Positions 42,314-44,110 of a stretch of 44,110 bases of DNA are shown in pieces. The first letter of the stretch is position 1; the number at the start of each line of letters is the position of its first letter. Origin of the DNA: Fonticula-like sp. SCN 57-25 (Eukaryota); assembly GCA_001724245.1 (NCBI GenBank), contig MEDX01000074.1, positions 1-44,110 on the forward strand, given 5' to 3'. A model generated the notes under the pieces. The model had not been told where the DNA came from, did not search any database, and worked only from the letters and a program-made list of their open reading frames with translations. Position numbers and translations under genes: made by a program.

Positions 42314-44110
42314 TTGCCCAGGGTACGCTTCCTTCTGTGCTTAGTCGTGCTTCCTGACAGCCTGCTGTGTTCTAGGTCTCTGAAGATGTTACCGAGGGGT
42401 TTCAAGATCGTCCACGAAGGGGTTGTCGATGCAACACGAGGCGATGCGATCCCCATTGGGCGTGTTGCTGAGTGTATGTTCCATGAGCGGAAAGCGACGT
42501 TCTCGATCGAACTCGACGAGCACGGCGACGTGCTGTACCACATTCGTGTCAAGGGCCCAATAAGGGAATTGCCGTACGACTTTTGGTGTAGAACACCTAG
42601 TGGCGTGGTCAACAAAGCAAAAGGGAAGTTGGTACTTTTCACAGGGGGTCGGTCGGCGAAGTCCTTGTTTGGCCTCCCAAGCGCCGCCGAGTCCGCCCGC
42701 ACGACAGCGGCGACCGTCAGCGACGATGCGCAGACGAGCGACGACGTAGGCGACGACGCGGTGGACGACGACGCGGTGGACGACGACGCGGTGGACGAGG
42801 TAGAGGAGGAGGACCGCCCGGCCGTGACCAAGCCGTGCAGGAAGGGGTATTTGCACCCGGCGGTCTTTGGGCTTCGGGCGGTCGACCATCTCGGTCATTT
42901 GCCTTTTCCGCGCAGCGACTGCGCCGCCTCTGTTCTGCATCCGGCGAGGCTGAAGAAGACGTCGTGGCTTCTGATGAGCAGGGCGTTGGTGGAGGAGATT
43001 GCGGCGGCGGCTGAAGATGACAAGCTGTCAAAGAGCAGCAGCGACAAGCGCAACCCTGTTATTGCCTCGCGCCTGTCGGCGCAGTTTGGGTGCCGTATCA
43101 CTGGCAGTGCTGTACACAATCAGCTAGGCGTGCTCTGCGCTGAGACGAAGGAGAGACCCGCTATCGAGACTGTCGCTGACCTGTTGGACAACACCCCGAT
43201 CGGCGCGCCCCCCGGGAAAGACGAGCGCTATACGACGGCCGTCAACGCATTGCTCGCTTGTTCGCATCAGCAACGCGAAGATGTCATTCGCCACGTATCC
43301 GCGCGTTGCCTCGGCGTGGACACTGAGCGCGACACCTTTTACAAGTCACTTTTGCTACTGCCGAGCGCCATCGCTCACGGTCGTGCCGTCGCGGCCACTT
43401 TTCCCTCCTTGACGGGTAGCGTCGTCTCGGACGTGTTGGCGTTGGTTGCGTTCGAGCAGTTGCCAGCGCGTAGCGTGTTCACGCACATCGTCGTGGCGGG
43501 CTCGCAGATTGGATTGCAGCCGCAATCCACTGTAGTCTACCCCGACTTTGTAAAGGACTTTTTCTCCAGCGTGCGCCTATTCGCGCGCGGGAACGGCTAC
43601 AACGCGATGCGGGGTCATGACGGACGGACGTTGGCGTCTCTGAACATCCCCGGGATGCCAGGAGAAGCGACGATCTGGGCGCATAACGCCGCAAAGCTTG
43701 CGACTGTTCCCGCCATGGCCGAGAGAGGAGTGGACAAGGTGGCCGTCGACGCCGCCGTCAAGGCGGCCGCATCTAATACATATCTCTGTGTCCAGCTTGA
43801 TGGTCGCACCATTGATCATCGCGGCGCAGGCGACGTTGACCACGGAAGTGCGTTTTTGTTCAATGTTTATATTTATCAATACACGAATATTTTGGTGTCT
43901 ATCAACTACCATAGCGACATGTACTCATACCAAACGAAACACAGATGCGCAAGTGGGCAAGTCGCCCAAAGTTCGCTACGACGAGCGGCAGGCGGCCGCC
44001 AAAAGTGTCCAGGCAGCTACAACTGTAGAGGAGCTTCGCGCCATTGCCCGCCCCGTTCTGCGCGATGTCCTGCTTGACGCCGACCAGCAGCTCGACGGGT
44101 TGCAGCAAAA
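42314..44110 (+). mobile_element. Putative P-element/THAP9-superfamily-like transposase gene, incomplete at the right edge
   Basis: YPDFVKDFFSSVRLFARGNGYNAMRG...MPGEATIW...G...YLCVQLDGRTI follows the P-transposase pattern leading to the first catalytic Asp. Intron 43848-43914 restores a frame open to the window end. First ATG at 42386. Confidence 0.5.
42752..42798 (+). repeat. 15-nt tandem repeat encoding DDDAV (about 3 copies)
   Basis: GACGACGACGCGGTG tandem copies seen directly. Confidence 0.9.

Noticed and set aside
42067..42376. Upstream coding exon of the transposase-like gene via the GTACGC...CTAG intron at 42323-42375
   Set aside because: Splicing from the 42067-42357 frame reaches a stop immediately, so it is at most a 5' UTR intron or a decayed exon.

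Overview
Gene-dense, GC-rich eukaryotic DNA, with no sign of prokaryotic or organellar origin. About 24 protein-coding genes can be reconstructed by hand, most split by short (~40-100 nt) GT-AG spliceosomal introns with GT[AG]CG donors and CTRAY-type branch points. The standard genetic code fits throughout. The gene set mixes fungal-like and animal-like proteins, which suggests a unicellular opisthokont (inference). In order: ERF2-type DHHC palmitoyltransferase, C2H2 transcription factor, MRM1, DCTN5, RCC1L-like protein, LMW-PTP, PAC4-like chaperone, SH3 scaffold with a Cas/FAT-like C-terminus, second C2H2 factor, MCMBP, EAAT-type SLC1 transporter, HS6ST-like sulfotransferase, cytochrome P450 reductase, dual-specificity phosphatase, APC1, COX16, ACAD10/11-type kinase fusion, ECI1, gadkin/AP1AR-like protein, WD40 protein, CENP-P, double glycosyltransferase, BLOC1S3, and a P-element-like transposase that runs off the right end. 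Most genes are head-to-head pairs whose start codons are often under 150 nt apart, and several of these spacers contain repeated motifs. All family assignments come from motif recognition by eye, not from database searches.
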